This document shows positions 1 to 11,900 of a stretch of DNA of 64,000 bases, piece by piece. The stretch is from Epithemia pelagica (Eukaryota; Protista; Bacillariophyta): the NCBI GenBank assembly GCA_946965045.2, contig OX337229.1:372001-436000 (forward strand), read 5' to 3'. The notes beneath the pieces were generated by a model. It was not told the origin of the DNA. It did no database searches and saw nothing but the letters and a program-made list of their open reading frames with translations. Both the position numbers and the translations under genes were made by a program. Each line of letters opens with the position of its first letter. Position 1 is the first letter of the stretch.

Positions 1-186
1 TGTTCCACAGGGATTGTCACCCGACTCGACCAGCCGTTTCTTTTCGACACCCCATACAGAATCATTGTATTGGTACAAGTCTTCTGTGTAGGGAATGCCG
101 TAGGCGAGCAGAAAGAAGCGTAGAGTTCCTCCCCGGCCACCAATGTGACCCAAATCAAGATACTTGAATGATACAGATGTCGTCAT
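1..186 (-). CDS. Glutathione S-transferase, N-terminal domain (5' part of gene; runs off the window start)
   Basis: Not in the ORF track. Manual translation from ATG at 186: MTTSVSFKYLDLGHIGGRGGTLRFFLLAYGIPYTEDLYQYNDSVWGVEKKRLVESGDNPCGT, matching the GST-N pattern Y-F/L-D...GRG..R..L...G..Y.E......W...K......P.G. Confidence 0.75.
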   Translation of the reverse strand, partial: MTTSVSFKYLDLGHIGGRGGTLRFFLLAYGIPYTEDLYQYNDSVWGVEKKRLVESGDNPCGT

Positions 187-689
187 AATATTGTGATGTA
201 CACTTGTTTTAATTGTTGCAGCCGAACAGGTCAAAGTTCGATTTGTCGTGATTTTGGTTTTGTGAGAACAACCAGTCTCTCGAACACTCCGCATCACCTG
301 TTCCTCTCGGAACATACAAGAGCGCCATAGAGCAAAATGGAGCATCTAGCGAATCTTGCCCATGAAGGTTTCGCGATAAGTATGGAGTAGATAGTACAGA
401 GGGAAAGGTGCGATCTTTTCTCCCGACGAGAATCAGCGACCGAAACTAAAGCCGAGACAACGCGCGGTCACCGCGCGTTCTTTTGTCTGCCCTCATCTTT
501 TGTACGAGGTACGAGTACGAGTAGGAAGCTTTAGACAGAGAAAAAGAAAGCTTCGTTGGGTCGCTGCGACAGTAGCCGCACTTGGTTGTGGTTCTGCATT
601 TGTAAGTTTGAGTGTACGAGACGTGTGAGAGAATTGGTCAATCAGACGAACGATTGTAGTTTGGACGAAATCTGATCGCCTCGAACAGA

Positions 690-2699
690 TCTCCCCTTTA
701 TTGCGGACAAGGACAAGCTTCAATGCTTGAATGACGATGCGGACAAGCAATACGAACAAATTCCCAAGGCTCCATCGAAGGAAATGAAGGCAAAGCAACT
801 GCAAGAAAGATGGACGCGGTAAATTGTAGAACGTCCTCAGCAAGCCTTGTTGCGCTACTTTTTAACCTTGGCCGTACTGGAAGGAGCGGCAGATGATTTG
901 ATTTTGGTCACCGGACAAGAATTGCAGCACCAATTGCAACAAGCCTTTACCGTTTCGCGCATGACAAACCACCATGACGACGACAACACTGATGCTGACG
1001 AAATGAACCTAGATCGTTGGTTTCGATATGGCCGGTTGTTGGCCGCACGTGTCTTGTGGCGTGCCACACCCATTACAGTTTTGGGACGGTTGGTGACGGT
1101 AGAAGATGAAGCCGTCCAAACGGCACTGCAAGTGCGACAAGCAGGGGCTGAGGCAGCCCTCAAGGCTCGATTGGAAGCCGAAGCCGTAGCCCATGCACGG
1201 CAACAAGAAGCCAAGGCCGAACAAGCTCGACAACGGCTCACTCGGACTCGATTAGTGGTCTTTTATCACAAACATGCTCCGGAAAAAGAAGCCAACGTTG
1301 ACAAAATATTATCAACTACGCTGGTCGATTAGAGATATTGAATGCGAAACTCTTGAAACATATGGAGAATCCTTCGAACCGGCCTTGGGGAACAACAACC
1401 AAGGGACATTGTCGAAAAACTAAAACCGGGCCAAAAGTCGGCATCTTCTACATCCACAACTGAACATGGCAAGAAACCACCATTGCCACATCCTCACAAA
1501 CGGTCCAAAAGCTTGTTGGGAGTTGGGATTGGGAGGACGAAAGAAATCCGCGACGGTGGAGGACGAAACACAAGACGATGCCGACGATGAACATGAGACT
1601 GCTGGTTCGAATCCGTTCTTATCCAAAGCTTCTCGTGTCAACCGGAAACCAGATCAAGTGGCTGTCTTTGTGGCAGCCGAGGAAGTTTTGCCGGTCGTTT
1701 GTGGATGTACCTATGGACCTCGACAACGGCGACGACAACAATCGGCAGGAACCAAGGAAGTGAAACAAGAGACTCCCAACAACGACAGTGTGAATGTGCA
1801 ATGTCATTTGGACGATGGTTCGTCCCAGTTTGCCTTGGAGCCGTTGAAGTATTTGTTGGTCGATAGTTGATCCGAAGAAGCGACGTCCGAAGTCCGAACA
1901 GGATGCTGTGTCTTGGTGGCTGGTCGATCGGCCAGCGATAGACTGCTTGCTTGGACGAATCCAACCCATTTCCAAGAGGAATTGTCAATGCGATTTCGGT
2001 GGCGGCTCGTACCAAGACTGTCCAACGAACCAAGAGCAGCAAGTCCTCGTCGTCGTGGGTGGTGTCCTCCACCTACTCCTCCACCACATCCATCTGTTCG
2101 ATGGATTTTGCCTCGATTGGCGAACGCGTCTCGCAACGCAAACGACGCTCCAGTCTTTCGACACGAAACAACCACAACAACGACAAGGATCACCCCTCCA
2201 TCACTTTCATGGCTTGCGCGAGGACTATCACCGTGTCTTGGACACTACGGCGGTCGAATATTACGATGTCATAATCCCCAATGTCCTCAACCAAGCCCAA
2301 TTTTATGTTCGGCAAACAACCTTTCCACCTCTCGACCACATTGCAGCAGCAGCAGCAGCAGCAGCAGCACCGTCTTGGGGCAGTCCCAGGAACTCTTCAC
2401 AAAACACGGACAGGGTGGAGAGGGATAGAACGTCGTCCTCTGTTGTTTTACCAAGAAAAGCCGGTACAACACCACAAATCTACCACTACTGCAACCAACA
2501 TTCTTCATGTCTTACCATTCAGAATGCTGCTGCACCACGAGATATGGATCAAGACAAATGGTGGACCAAGCGGCGCCAAACGACGAACCATGCACGACGG
2601 AAGCAGCCGAATTTTTTGCCTACACCACCTTTTGCGAAGCGCCCGGTCCGGTCAATCCCAGTCAAGAAGAAGTTATGTAGATTCTGCAGTCCTCCATAA
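690..2699 (+). pseudogene. Decayed or error-ridden protein-coding gene of unknown function
   Basis: Coding-like frames broken by an in-frame TAA at 820-822 (…ERWTR*IVERPQQALLRY…) and frameshifts. Example: FYHKHAPEKEANVDKILS continues in another frame as NYAGRLEILNAKL, completing a 'FY..H.PEK...VD.IL..Y.GR' repeat motif. Confidence 0.4.
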
Positions 2700-2874
2700 C
2701 AGTATTCATTGTCGAACGCGCACTGCTGACAGTATACTCCAAGTTATTCGACTTTTTCTAGGCGTAGGAGTATAATGTGTCGGCGCAAGTTCTTATTTGT
2801 GTGAATTTTTTTCGTGTGGCTCTTGGTAAGGAGATTGGCATCTCCCGCAAGCCCGCTGGCGTCGTCAACGCGGC

Positions 2875-3329
2875 CACAAATACAGCGGGTAGGGAAGCGG
2901 AGGAATCAATGGATTCTCCAGGGGCAACTATGGCTCTCTTCCCCGATGGCACAGAGACCGAAGTCTCCATGCCATACCTGATGACACAAGGACAAAGTCC
3001 TCGTGCCACCAGGATTTTGAATAAGCACAGAGACCGAAGTCTCCATGCCAACAAGGACATCTCCGACAAGGGCTCTAGCTAGACTCAGCTGATGTAGGAG
3101 TAGGAAGTTATTCACAAATACAGCGGATAGGGAAGCCCAGAGGAATCAATGGATTCTCCAGGGGCAACTATGGCACTCTTCCCCAATGGCACAGAGACCG
3201 AAGTCTCCATGCCATACGCCATACCTGATGACATAAGGACAAAGTCCTCGTGCCACCAGGGTTTTGTGATAACACCGACAACCGACACACCAACAAGACA
3301 AGGACTCTAGCTAGACTCAGCTGAAGTAG
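2875..3329. repeat. Imperfect tandem duplication of about 220 bp (copies at about 2875-3097 and 3113-3329)
   Basis: Both copies read cacaaatacagcgg..agggaagc..gaggaatcaatggattctccaggggcaactatggc…gcacagagaccgaagtctccatgcca…ctctagctagactcagctga.gtag. Confidence 0.9.
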
Positions 3330-3389
3330 AATTTAGCAATCGGTAGAAACAGAAGAAGGGGTAGAGTGATAAGGTTGAGTAGGAAAGAT

Positions 3390-4328
3390 TCATAACCGAC
3401 ATGACCGTGCACACGTACCACTGGCAACCGACAACCGACATGTTATTTTTTTGTTTTTTTTATTTTTTTGCTTTTTCTGGGTTTTTTGGATTGTTTTTAC
3501 TTTTTCTGGGTTTTTTGGATTTTTTTCAACTGCACCACTACCCGTATCCGCGGACAAGAGACGAGCGGATCGTCGAACGTGCACCATTCGGTCTGCCTTT
3601 TTGGAGTAGGCAACAGCAAGGATCCTGCCCAAAAGCGGGGAGTCCTCGGGGCCGGAGGAACTCTCGATCTCGTTTTGGGGGGCATTCTCGTCAATGTGAG
3701 GCGAGGTATCTTTTTGGGTGGGGGTGGGGGGAGGAGGGGTGGCGACCATGGAAGAAGGGGTAGAATTTCGAGGGGGTGAGTCGTGCCCCAAAGTGATCTC
3801 GTCGTCGTCGTCAGGGATGAGCGCAGGTTCGGGCTCAGGCTGATGACGGTCGACTGGAGGGGTCTCCTCTTCCTCGTCGTCCTCGAGATCCTCTGCGAGT
3901 GCGAGAGGAGGGAAGTCCGAGTCAGCGTCGAACTCGCAAGGCAGAACAGCAACAGTGTCGACGTCGACCGCCTCCTCGCGATCGCGAATCTCCATCTCTC
4001 CATCTTCCTGCCGACCATTCTTGCAGTTCTTCGCAGCAAGCTTTGCTTCGGCAATGGCCAGCTGTTGTTGAAGCTGAGCTTTGTCGTGTCGAAGCTGTCG
4101 AAGCTCCGCATGTTCGTGTCGAAGCTCCGCGTGGTCGCTACTTGTAGTACGACTTTTCTTGTTGAAAATGACCCGAAACAGGTGTTGGACGATAAGTTTC
4201 GCCTCATCGAGGACATCAGCGACACCGTAACACAGTATGAGAGTCACAAAAGGAGCAACTAACAGAGCCCATTCGGAGCTGATCATCTTTTCGTAACAGT
4301 AATCACAATCACACATCATCATGGTCAA
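3390..4328 (-). CDS. Hypothetical protein: N-terminal hydrophobic segment, coiled coil, acidic/Pro-rich linker, RRSARL motif, Lys-rich tail
   Basis: 312-aa ORF; WALLVAPFVTLILCYGV, HAELRHEHAELRQL heptads, LLGRILAVAYSKKADRMVHVRRSARLLSA. Start codon and C-terminus are uncertain (low-complexity repeats at 3445-3530). Confidence 0.55.
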   Translation of the reverse strand: MTMMMCDCDYCYEKMISSEWALLVAPFVTLILCYGVADVLDEAKLIVQHLFRVIFNKKSRTTSSDHAELRHEHAELRQLRHDKAQLQQQLAIAEAKLAAKNCKNGRQEDGEMEIRDREEAVDVDTVAVLPCEFDADSDFPPLALAEDLEDDEEEETPPVDRHQPEPEPALIPDDDDEITLGHDSPPRNSTPSSMVATPPPPTPTQKDTSPHIDENAPQNEIESSSGPEDSPLLGRILAVAYSKKADRMVHVRRSARLLSADTGSGAVEKNPKNPEKVKTIQKTQKKQKNKKNKKITCRLSVASGTCARSCRL

Positions 4329-4753
4329 TCGTATTTTTGGTCAATCGTATTTTGTTTTTGTGCGTGTTGGATTGTTGCGTGTTGTTGTTGTTGGCGTTTC
4401 GTGTTGTTTGGCGATCGGACCATGGAGATTGCGAGGCAGCGGGGTCGGTTTATACGAACGCGTCGGGGCAATGTTTGTTGAACGCACCTCGAGGGCCGAT
4501 GGCAGCAAAACACAGCGCAACAATCAACCGTCGGGCGTACCTCGAGGGCAGCGGAGCGCAACTACACAACAATCAACCGTCGGGGCATTGTTGCACCGGA
4601 AGTAAGGAGGACACAAGGTGGACTAACAAGAACAACAATGACTGCCCAACAACCAACGAAAACTCTCAAACACTCTGCTACTACGAACGAGCAAACGACG
4701 AACAAGGTCCCCCGCCAACAAGTTGCATGATATAGAACAATCCTGGTGGTGGC

Positions 4754-5140
4754 ATGGTTGTGTCTCTGTGCGTTTGCACCATTATGACAAATACCGAAGC
4801 TCCATCACACGGTGGTGCCTTTGATCCGTTTGGCATTGAAGCGGCGAAAGCCAGTCAGAAGCCACATCCGCCGTCTCGACGACCCGTCTTGGTGGCCGTC
4901 GAAGACAAGAAACACAAAGATACGCCATGCTTCTCCCTCTTATCACAGTCAACGGCACGCAGAGAATCATTCGGCACAAAGTCCTCCGGCCGCTCAAAAT
5001 TACCCAACCATACGACGCATGCTGGTCGTCTACAATCAGCCGAACAACAACATGCCTCGCTCCTACAACAACAACAACTACTACTACAACCAACGAGCAA
5101 TTCATGGATTCCACACTGGACCCCTTTGGAAATCGACTAA
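4754..5140 (+). CDS. Small hypothetical protein
   Basis: 128-aa ORF with plausible composition (AFDPFG, poly-Q), convergent with the Hsp90 tail fragment; no family recognised. Confidence 0.3.
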   Translation: MVVSLCVCTIMTNTEAPSHGGAFDPFGIEAAKASQKPHPPSRRPVLVAVEDKKHKDTPCFSLLSQSTARRESFGTKSSGRSKLPNHTTHAGRLQSAEQQHASLLQQQQLLLQPTSNSWIPHWTPLEID

Positions 5141-5185
5141 TTTCATTGCAACAAATGAACCTTTATCACACAAAACACTGTGCAT

Positions 5186-5341
5186 CTAATCCACTTGTTC
5201 CATGGCGGATTCTTCATTGTCATCACCATCTTCCAAGGGCGGCAAATCGTCCATTTCGGCATCCCCGGTCGCATCGGCATCATCATCGTCGTCAATGGAC
5301 AATCCGACCTTGACCAAACGGTGGATGCGCGAGGCAAAGGA
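5186..5341 (-). pseudogene. HSP90: Orphan C-terminal about 51 codons of a cytosolic Hsp90
   Basis: SFASRIHRLVKVGLSIDDDDDADATGDAEMDDLPPLEDGDDNEESAMEQVD* matches the Hsp90 C-terminus including the MEEVD-like TPR-binding end. Upstream sequence is not Hsp90 and no other Hsp90 sequence is seen in the window. Confidence 0.8.
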
Positions 5342-5787
5342 ACGATTTCGAATGTACCTCCAGAGTACCTGGCACGGTTGCAGCTTCGCTTGGTCTCTAG
5401 TAGAGAAAAGAAACCTTTGTTTGTTATGCCAAACGACCGAGGACTGTCGCCACAAACAAGCTGTCCGAACGCCGCAACAACGACCACAAAAGGGCGTATC
5501 CCAATCCAACTCGATGCAAACCTCCCGAGAGTCTCATCCTTATCGGAGCTTGTGTCCTTTGCACTCGTCCGCGCGTCTTGTTGCTGTTGTTGTTTCTGGT
5601 GGTTCTAGTATCATACAAGAGTTGCCCATTCCGATCATGTATCATAGGTCTGGGGCTACGCTCACGGTGTTGGTGGTGCTGCCGTGAAACACTTTGATCG
5701 TTTCGGAACAGATTGTACGGCATTTCAAAATATACCAAACTCGACTTCGGACAGGGACATCACCACTCAGGACATGGATATCTCCAC

Positions 5788-8321
5788 TCAGATCGTGTTC
5801 GTTGGATCTGAGGTTGTTGTGCTGCTGGTGGGCGTCCTTGTAACTTGGTTTTCTTCTTCTTTGTAGTCGTCGTCATGGACAAGACTATGCAGTGCATACT
5901 CATATCGTTGAGGAAAATGATCATACAGCATTTTGAGATTCATTTGAACGCCAAACTGGGCCAACTTTTCCGAATCACAATCCTTGACATCAAACGTCTT
6001 CCATGCTGTTTTCATATTTGTAGACTTGTAGGACAGTGTGGTGTTGGACATGGTCGTCTCTGTGAAGGAATCCCCTTGACGAGTGTCATTGCCTTGTACT
6101 TCTTCTTCTTCTTCTTGTTGTTGTTCTCGAATCCAGTAATTGTGGGCCGCGGGAATACACAGCATAGGAGCACCGGGTTTGGTCGGCAAGCGTTGGTTTC
6201 GAGCTTGTTGTATGGCACGGGCATATCGTTGGAGATTGGCTTGTCGTCCCCGCCACACGAATCGTTGGAGTCGCTTCCACCCTGGCAATCGAATCGTCGT
6301 GGTTTGCTGGATTTGCGCCAAACTGTGCAAGGTTTGACGGACCGAATCCACCGACAAGAAGGGAACCGCATCCACTCCATGAATATAATTGGTGCAAGAT
6401 TCCATGGCCTGTGGGGAGAGGACATGAATGGGTGCAAACACGGGGGGACAGGCAAACACACAACAATACACCTTGGGCGGCACTGAAGACGATGATGATG
6501 AGGAGGAAGTCTCGGTCATCCAGTCGGGAGAATGATATTGCAAGTACACATGCAGCAGGGCGGCTGCTCCGGCACCCAAGGAATGACCCGTGAGAACCAA
6601 ATCATAGCCGGGATTTTCTTGCAACAATTTCAAAATCGTAGAAGAACAACTGGACCAAACCTTTTCGGCCATGTTGGCAATCTCAGAATGTGCTTCCCCA
6701 CCACAAAAAGGACCTATCATATTGCCAACATACAATCAATAGCATAGAACACCATGAGTACTCAGTGTTGTCTGTAGCAAAGCCGTTCATCGTAGTGAAC
6801 AAGTGAATACAACTTACGAGAAAAGGCCACGACATCAGACACCAGTTCGGCCAAGGAAAATGTACCTCGAATGGACAAGACGACTTGACGATGCGCGTGA
6901 TCGACTGCCACAAAATGTCGCAGCTGTTTGCTGCTGGCACTGTAGGCCACATCCAGTACAACAATATCGGACGCTGGAACGCTAATGTGCTCGGAAATGC
7001 GTGATCGTGAAAGCTGAGCTTCGTCGTCGGCCGATCCAAACAAGACAATGCGAGGATCTCGAATTTGACCGGTCAAATCCATTTGCGCCGCTTGAATGAC
7101 GGCATCCCCATAGGCTGCCACCGCAAACTTGACCAATCGAAGGCCATCGACCAAGTGTTGGGGTACTTCCGTACTAGAAGAGCTTGATAAGGACGAGGAA
7201 GTAGAGGATGATGACTCGGAGAGCAAGGCATCTCGTGGATCCCCATTGTTTTCTTGTCGTACGAGAAAGTCTTGTGCTCGACCCAGCAACACAATTTGAT
7301 CCAACAACTGATCTGGTGTAGAGGACAGTACTTGTCGAATTTCTTCTTCAATGTCACTGGTTTGCAAAAACTCCATCATGGCACGGACATTTTCTTGAAC
7401 CTTTTGAAAGTCTTGCGAATTGGAGGAGAGTAGAGAGGAGGCCGAACTGGCACCAAATCCAATCGAGATCAAGACATCGCCCGCTATACGACGCAACCGT
7501 TTTTGGGCTCCCGTTTTGTGAGACAAGAATCTGCGCCACCAAGACGCCGCCATGGATTTGGACGAATCGGTGTTGTTGGATGGAGCAAAGAACAAATAAG
7601 GATTGTTGTACACATTATCGGAGGAGTTTCCACTTTCCGTTGAAGCAGGTATACTGTTGTTTATTGGTGGTTGTGAGGATGACGAGGAGGAGGACGAATC
7701 ACTATCTGTACTTAGTGAGGAGTTGGATGATCCCTCTTGTTTCGGTGAGAAGGAGGCAGGGTATAATGTCGAGGTCTCGTCCTTGGTACGATTATCTTCG
7801 GCTTCCGGTTTTGGCAGTTCGTTGTCGCCTTTTCCGTTCTCATCACCAGGTGCATTCTTCTCCGAAGAAGAATCAGTGGTCATCCATCTCACTTGGCGGC
7901 TGCCACAAAGAACATCGAGCAGGTGCCCATCATCCTGTCTTTTCCATGCCGATGCAGTGGGTACGCTTGGTAAGAATCTTGGAGAGAAGTACGCAGCCGA
8001 ACGAATATGAGCCAAGCGTGGAGGCACCACAAATGCAGATTCACATCCTTTATTGAATCCACTCGCAGCTGTGCCATAGGCCATCCATGGTTGCCACTGC
8101 ATCACACTGCTCCAGACAGCAAGCGATGAAAGGGACGATGACACGGGCCAACTAGTAATAGAACGATGATTTGCCATGATCCTCATCTTGGGAAGCGCAG
8201 TCCCCAGTTTCCTCATCGTCGTCGTTGGTGTCAGGGTATTGAGAACCAAGGGCACATGACAAAGTCGTTTCATTCTCCTTGTTTCCGAGAACCGTATGCA
8301 GAAATGCTCGTCAAAGCGCAA
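5788..8321 (-). CDS. Class-3 lipase (DAG-lipase-like), 2 exons; intron 6714-6817
   Basis: VVLSIRGT, LVLTGHSLGAGAA (GxSxG), NYIHGVDAVPFLS, DHFPQRY. GTAAGT…AG intron joins AFSR to PFCGGEAH in frame. Start codon uncertain; N-terminus looks like an organellar presequence. Confidence 0.88.
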
Positions 8322-8932
8322 AAAAGATCTATACCTATTGTCACAGAAAGTATCCGCGATCGATCTCCAACAGGTTCAAGCACCGTCACGAAAAAGCTAG
8401 CGTTCTGAATTTCGTGCATTCTCAACCATGCCGCCGTTACGACTTACGACCGCAAGCGGCTGAAAAAGAAAGGCAATCATTACTCATGCACGTTGCCGAC
8501 AAAACAATGAACTCGCAATCAACGGCCTGGCGGTGCTGTCCCGGAGCTCTCAACTCTTCTGGTGGTGAATCAACAATGACAAGTAGCTAGGACTCTTAGA
8601 GATAGTTAATCAAGGAAGGGGCCGTCTCCGTATGGCCGGACGCTTTTGAAAATGATATCAATGCAAGGAAAGATGGTTTGATGTGTGAGACTTGCCGGAC
8701 TTGAAAGGATGCTGGGTAGCTCGGTCTGATCATGACAGTTCGAGAGACCGACGTGTTATATTTCACGAAAAAAGGAGGAGATCGAAAAAACAAAAGAGAA
8801 CGCACAAAAGTGAGAAACAAGTGAGGTCCATCCGCGACGAACCATTGCCACGAAAGCTGACGGTGGGTTGGTTTGGTTCGCCGTCTATATATTGGAAAGT
8901 GTTACAGAACCCACAAGTTTTACTCCAACACA

Positions 8933-11900
8933 ATGGATCTGTTCGCTGCTCCATCATCCCTTCGTGGTGGCACCGAATTTCGATTGCTCGATCCAATCTG
9001 GCACCGTCAACTCCAGGACGAAACTAACAATGAAACCACTGGAATCGTGGATGACGACGAGGACATGAGTCTCAATGAATCATGGTACGCCAAAAAAGTG
9101 GAGCTGTTCTAGACAAAAATCCCCTTCTTCACAGTGTTTGTCGTCTCTCACCTTTCTTGCATGGCACAACCACGACTCTGAACTCGTTTGGATCAATTAA
9201 TGGGTATACCATAACTACACAACTGGAAAGGCGCACCATTTATGTTTCCTTGGCCATTACGACGCTTCAAGTCTTGCTCATGTTGACCATTTTTGAATGT
9301 TGTCGACGAAGCACCGTGGCGGGCCATGTCTACGATCGACGGCGGCACCAACGACCCACCCGGACACCACCACCCCTCATGCAACAACGGTTGTGGTGTT
9401 GTGAATGGTGGAGAATCCGATTGTCCGATCCCACCTATCAACAACAGGCACAACAAGAAGCCAAGGAGCGTCGTCAACAACGGAACCAACAAGACACGAA
9501 CAGTCACAAAAAGGCCCGGCGTTGGCGCCGAAACGAAAAACCAAACAGTAGTGATCCAGACAGGGTACGACCCGTCTCGTCGTCCTTGACGAAAGAAGAG
9601 AATTGGCATATTTTGCAGCAAGCCGAACAGATTTGTTTTCAAGAGTCTCCATTTTTCGATCCGACGCAAGGTGACGAAGAAGACGACGACGACAAGGAGA
9701 TTTCATTGGAAGATATTGTCGATCAGGATGAGGATCCAACCACGGTTGGTCGGAAAGAAACGAACAAGAACGATGACCCTGGAAAGGACGACCACTCGGA
9801 TGATACACAACAACTTGTCAAGACCGAAGATACCACAGCCGCCATGACCAACAGCAGTACTTCTTCCGTGACAAAGCTGCCCTTGATCGACCCATCTTTC
9901 GGATCGGAACCCATTATTGAACCACCACCCGTACATCAGCCAGCTCAGAGACGACGGCGAAGCAGTAGCAACCGAGCCGATCCAATTCGGGATTTCGTGT
10001 CAGAACTACTCGGTACACCAACCACTCCAAACAGCAGCAAGAATGACAAGAGTCCGGAGGAGGGACAATTGCACCAAAGTGGGGAGACAAGTACCATGGA
10101 CCAGGTAGAAGATGTCTCGTCGGAAGTGGCGTATCGCGACGATAGCAAATTCCACGCCAAAAAAGGGGCACGTAAAGTCCAAACCTTGTCGCCCCTCGCC
10201 AATGAACCTCCACAACCATTGTCCGCCTCGGAACGGAGAAGACGAAAGTTCGAGCATGTTCCGACCGTGTCCGACGAAGCTCATGTCATGCGCAAAACAG
10301 CAGCCGCTGTAGCGGCAGCTGGTACAGAAACGTCCATGACAAAATCAAACAAGAACTACGCAACGAACATGAAAGAAGTCAAGCCAACAGACGAGGATCA
10401 AAACATGTTACCAAAAACAGGCGAGGAAAATGGGTCTGGAACTGGAGCAGAAAGCGGAGATCATACGGACGAGACGAAGCAGCCAACGACAAGCCCAATA
10501 ATGGACTCCGTTTCTTCGCCACCCCAATCTCCCACGTCTTCACGTCCGAGGGTACGTTTTCGTCAAACCAATGTGTTTTTCTCGGATGCTTCTTCTTCCT
10601 TGGAAACCACAAAGCAGGCCGGCAACAAAAATCAAAGCCCGAAATTTCCCAAACCATTGCGATTATCCCAACGAGACGTTTCCGATTCCACCCGAACCGC
10701 AGATGTGACCATGGGAACGGAAGAGTCTGCTCGCTTGGCGCGTTTGCGATATGATCAAGGAGCAGAGAATAAGGTCACATGGGATATCGATTGCCTCACA
10801 TGCATTGCGGCCTTTATACGACGGCGAGTATTAGTGCTGCACAACAACCATGACAATGGAGCAAACACGGATGGCAACGAGGATGAAGATGATGCTGGTC
10901 GTAACGGTAGACGGGTTCGCCGGGAGAACAGCATGAGCCGTGTACAGCAAGATTTTCTAGCACAAAAGGTCCATCGACGGCCCTTGTCAATGGAACAACA
11001 GGAAATGTTGCGGTGCATCGGATTGGATGCTTTCATGACCTTGCGATTTTTAGAATTTGGGTTTGACGTGTCCTTTTGGCCCTTTTTGTTTTCTCTCATC
11101 ACTCTAGTTCCTACCTTTGTGACGGGAGACAATGACCAAGTCGGTTATTATCGATCTACGGCTTTGAATTTACCTCTGGAATCCGAACGTCACTGGGCCG
11201 TTGTTGTGTTTGGAATCTTTCATTTCATTTACATTCTCCGACGGATTTGGATTGAATGGGAAATTTTCCTTCCCCTACGATATGACTTTTTGGAGAATGG
11301 CGATTTTGACAAAAGCAAACACCAAGACCAATACCGCCATACCTGCTTGGTCGAATATGTGCCAAGATCCCATAAACATGATCAGGATGTCTTCAAGTTC
11401 TTTGATGCCATCTTTCCTGGCCAAGTCAAACGGGCAGAATTCTTGTTGAACACGTACGAAATGATTTGCGTTGGTTTCATGTTTGTGTGACCATGAATGT
11501 ATAGACTTAACCGGTTTCTTGTTGTGTTTTCTTTCACGTAACAGAGAGCACCTTCGATCATTGATCAAGAAGCGAAGGAAACACTTGTTGGAATATGAGA
11601 ATATCTACGCCCAGAAGGTTCACAAACTGGCCGAATACATGCGTCAACAAGAGCTGGTACGGCGCACAGGCAACCCTATTACTCGGTGGTGTCACAAAGC
11701 GACCATGCCCAAACGACCGATGGAGCCTTTGATTGTGGTCGTTCATGATGTTCCGCGCCAAGAGACTGGCAATCGGTTCTTTGAACCCTTTACGGAAATG
11801 GTGAGAGATCCAAGAACCTATGAAGCACTCCCATGGCATCATTAGTAAGTGACTTACAGAGCTCCAGACGAGCATTCCCTTTACTGTGTGATTCACGGTG

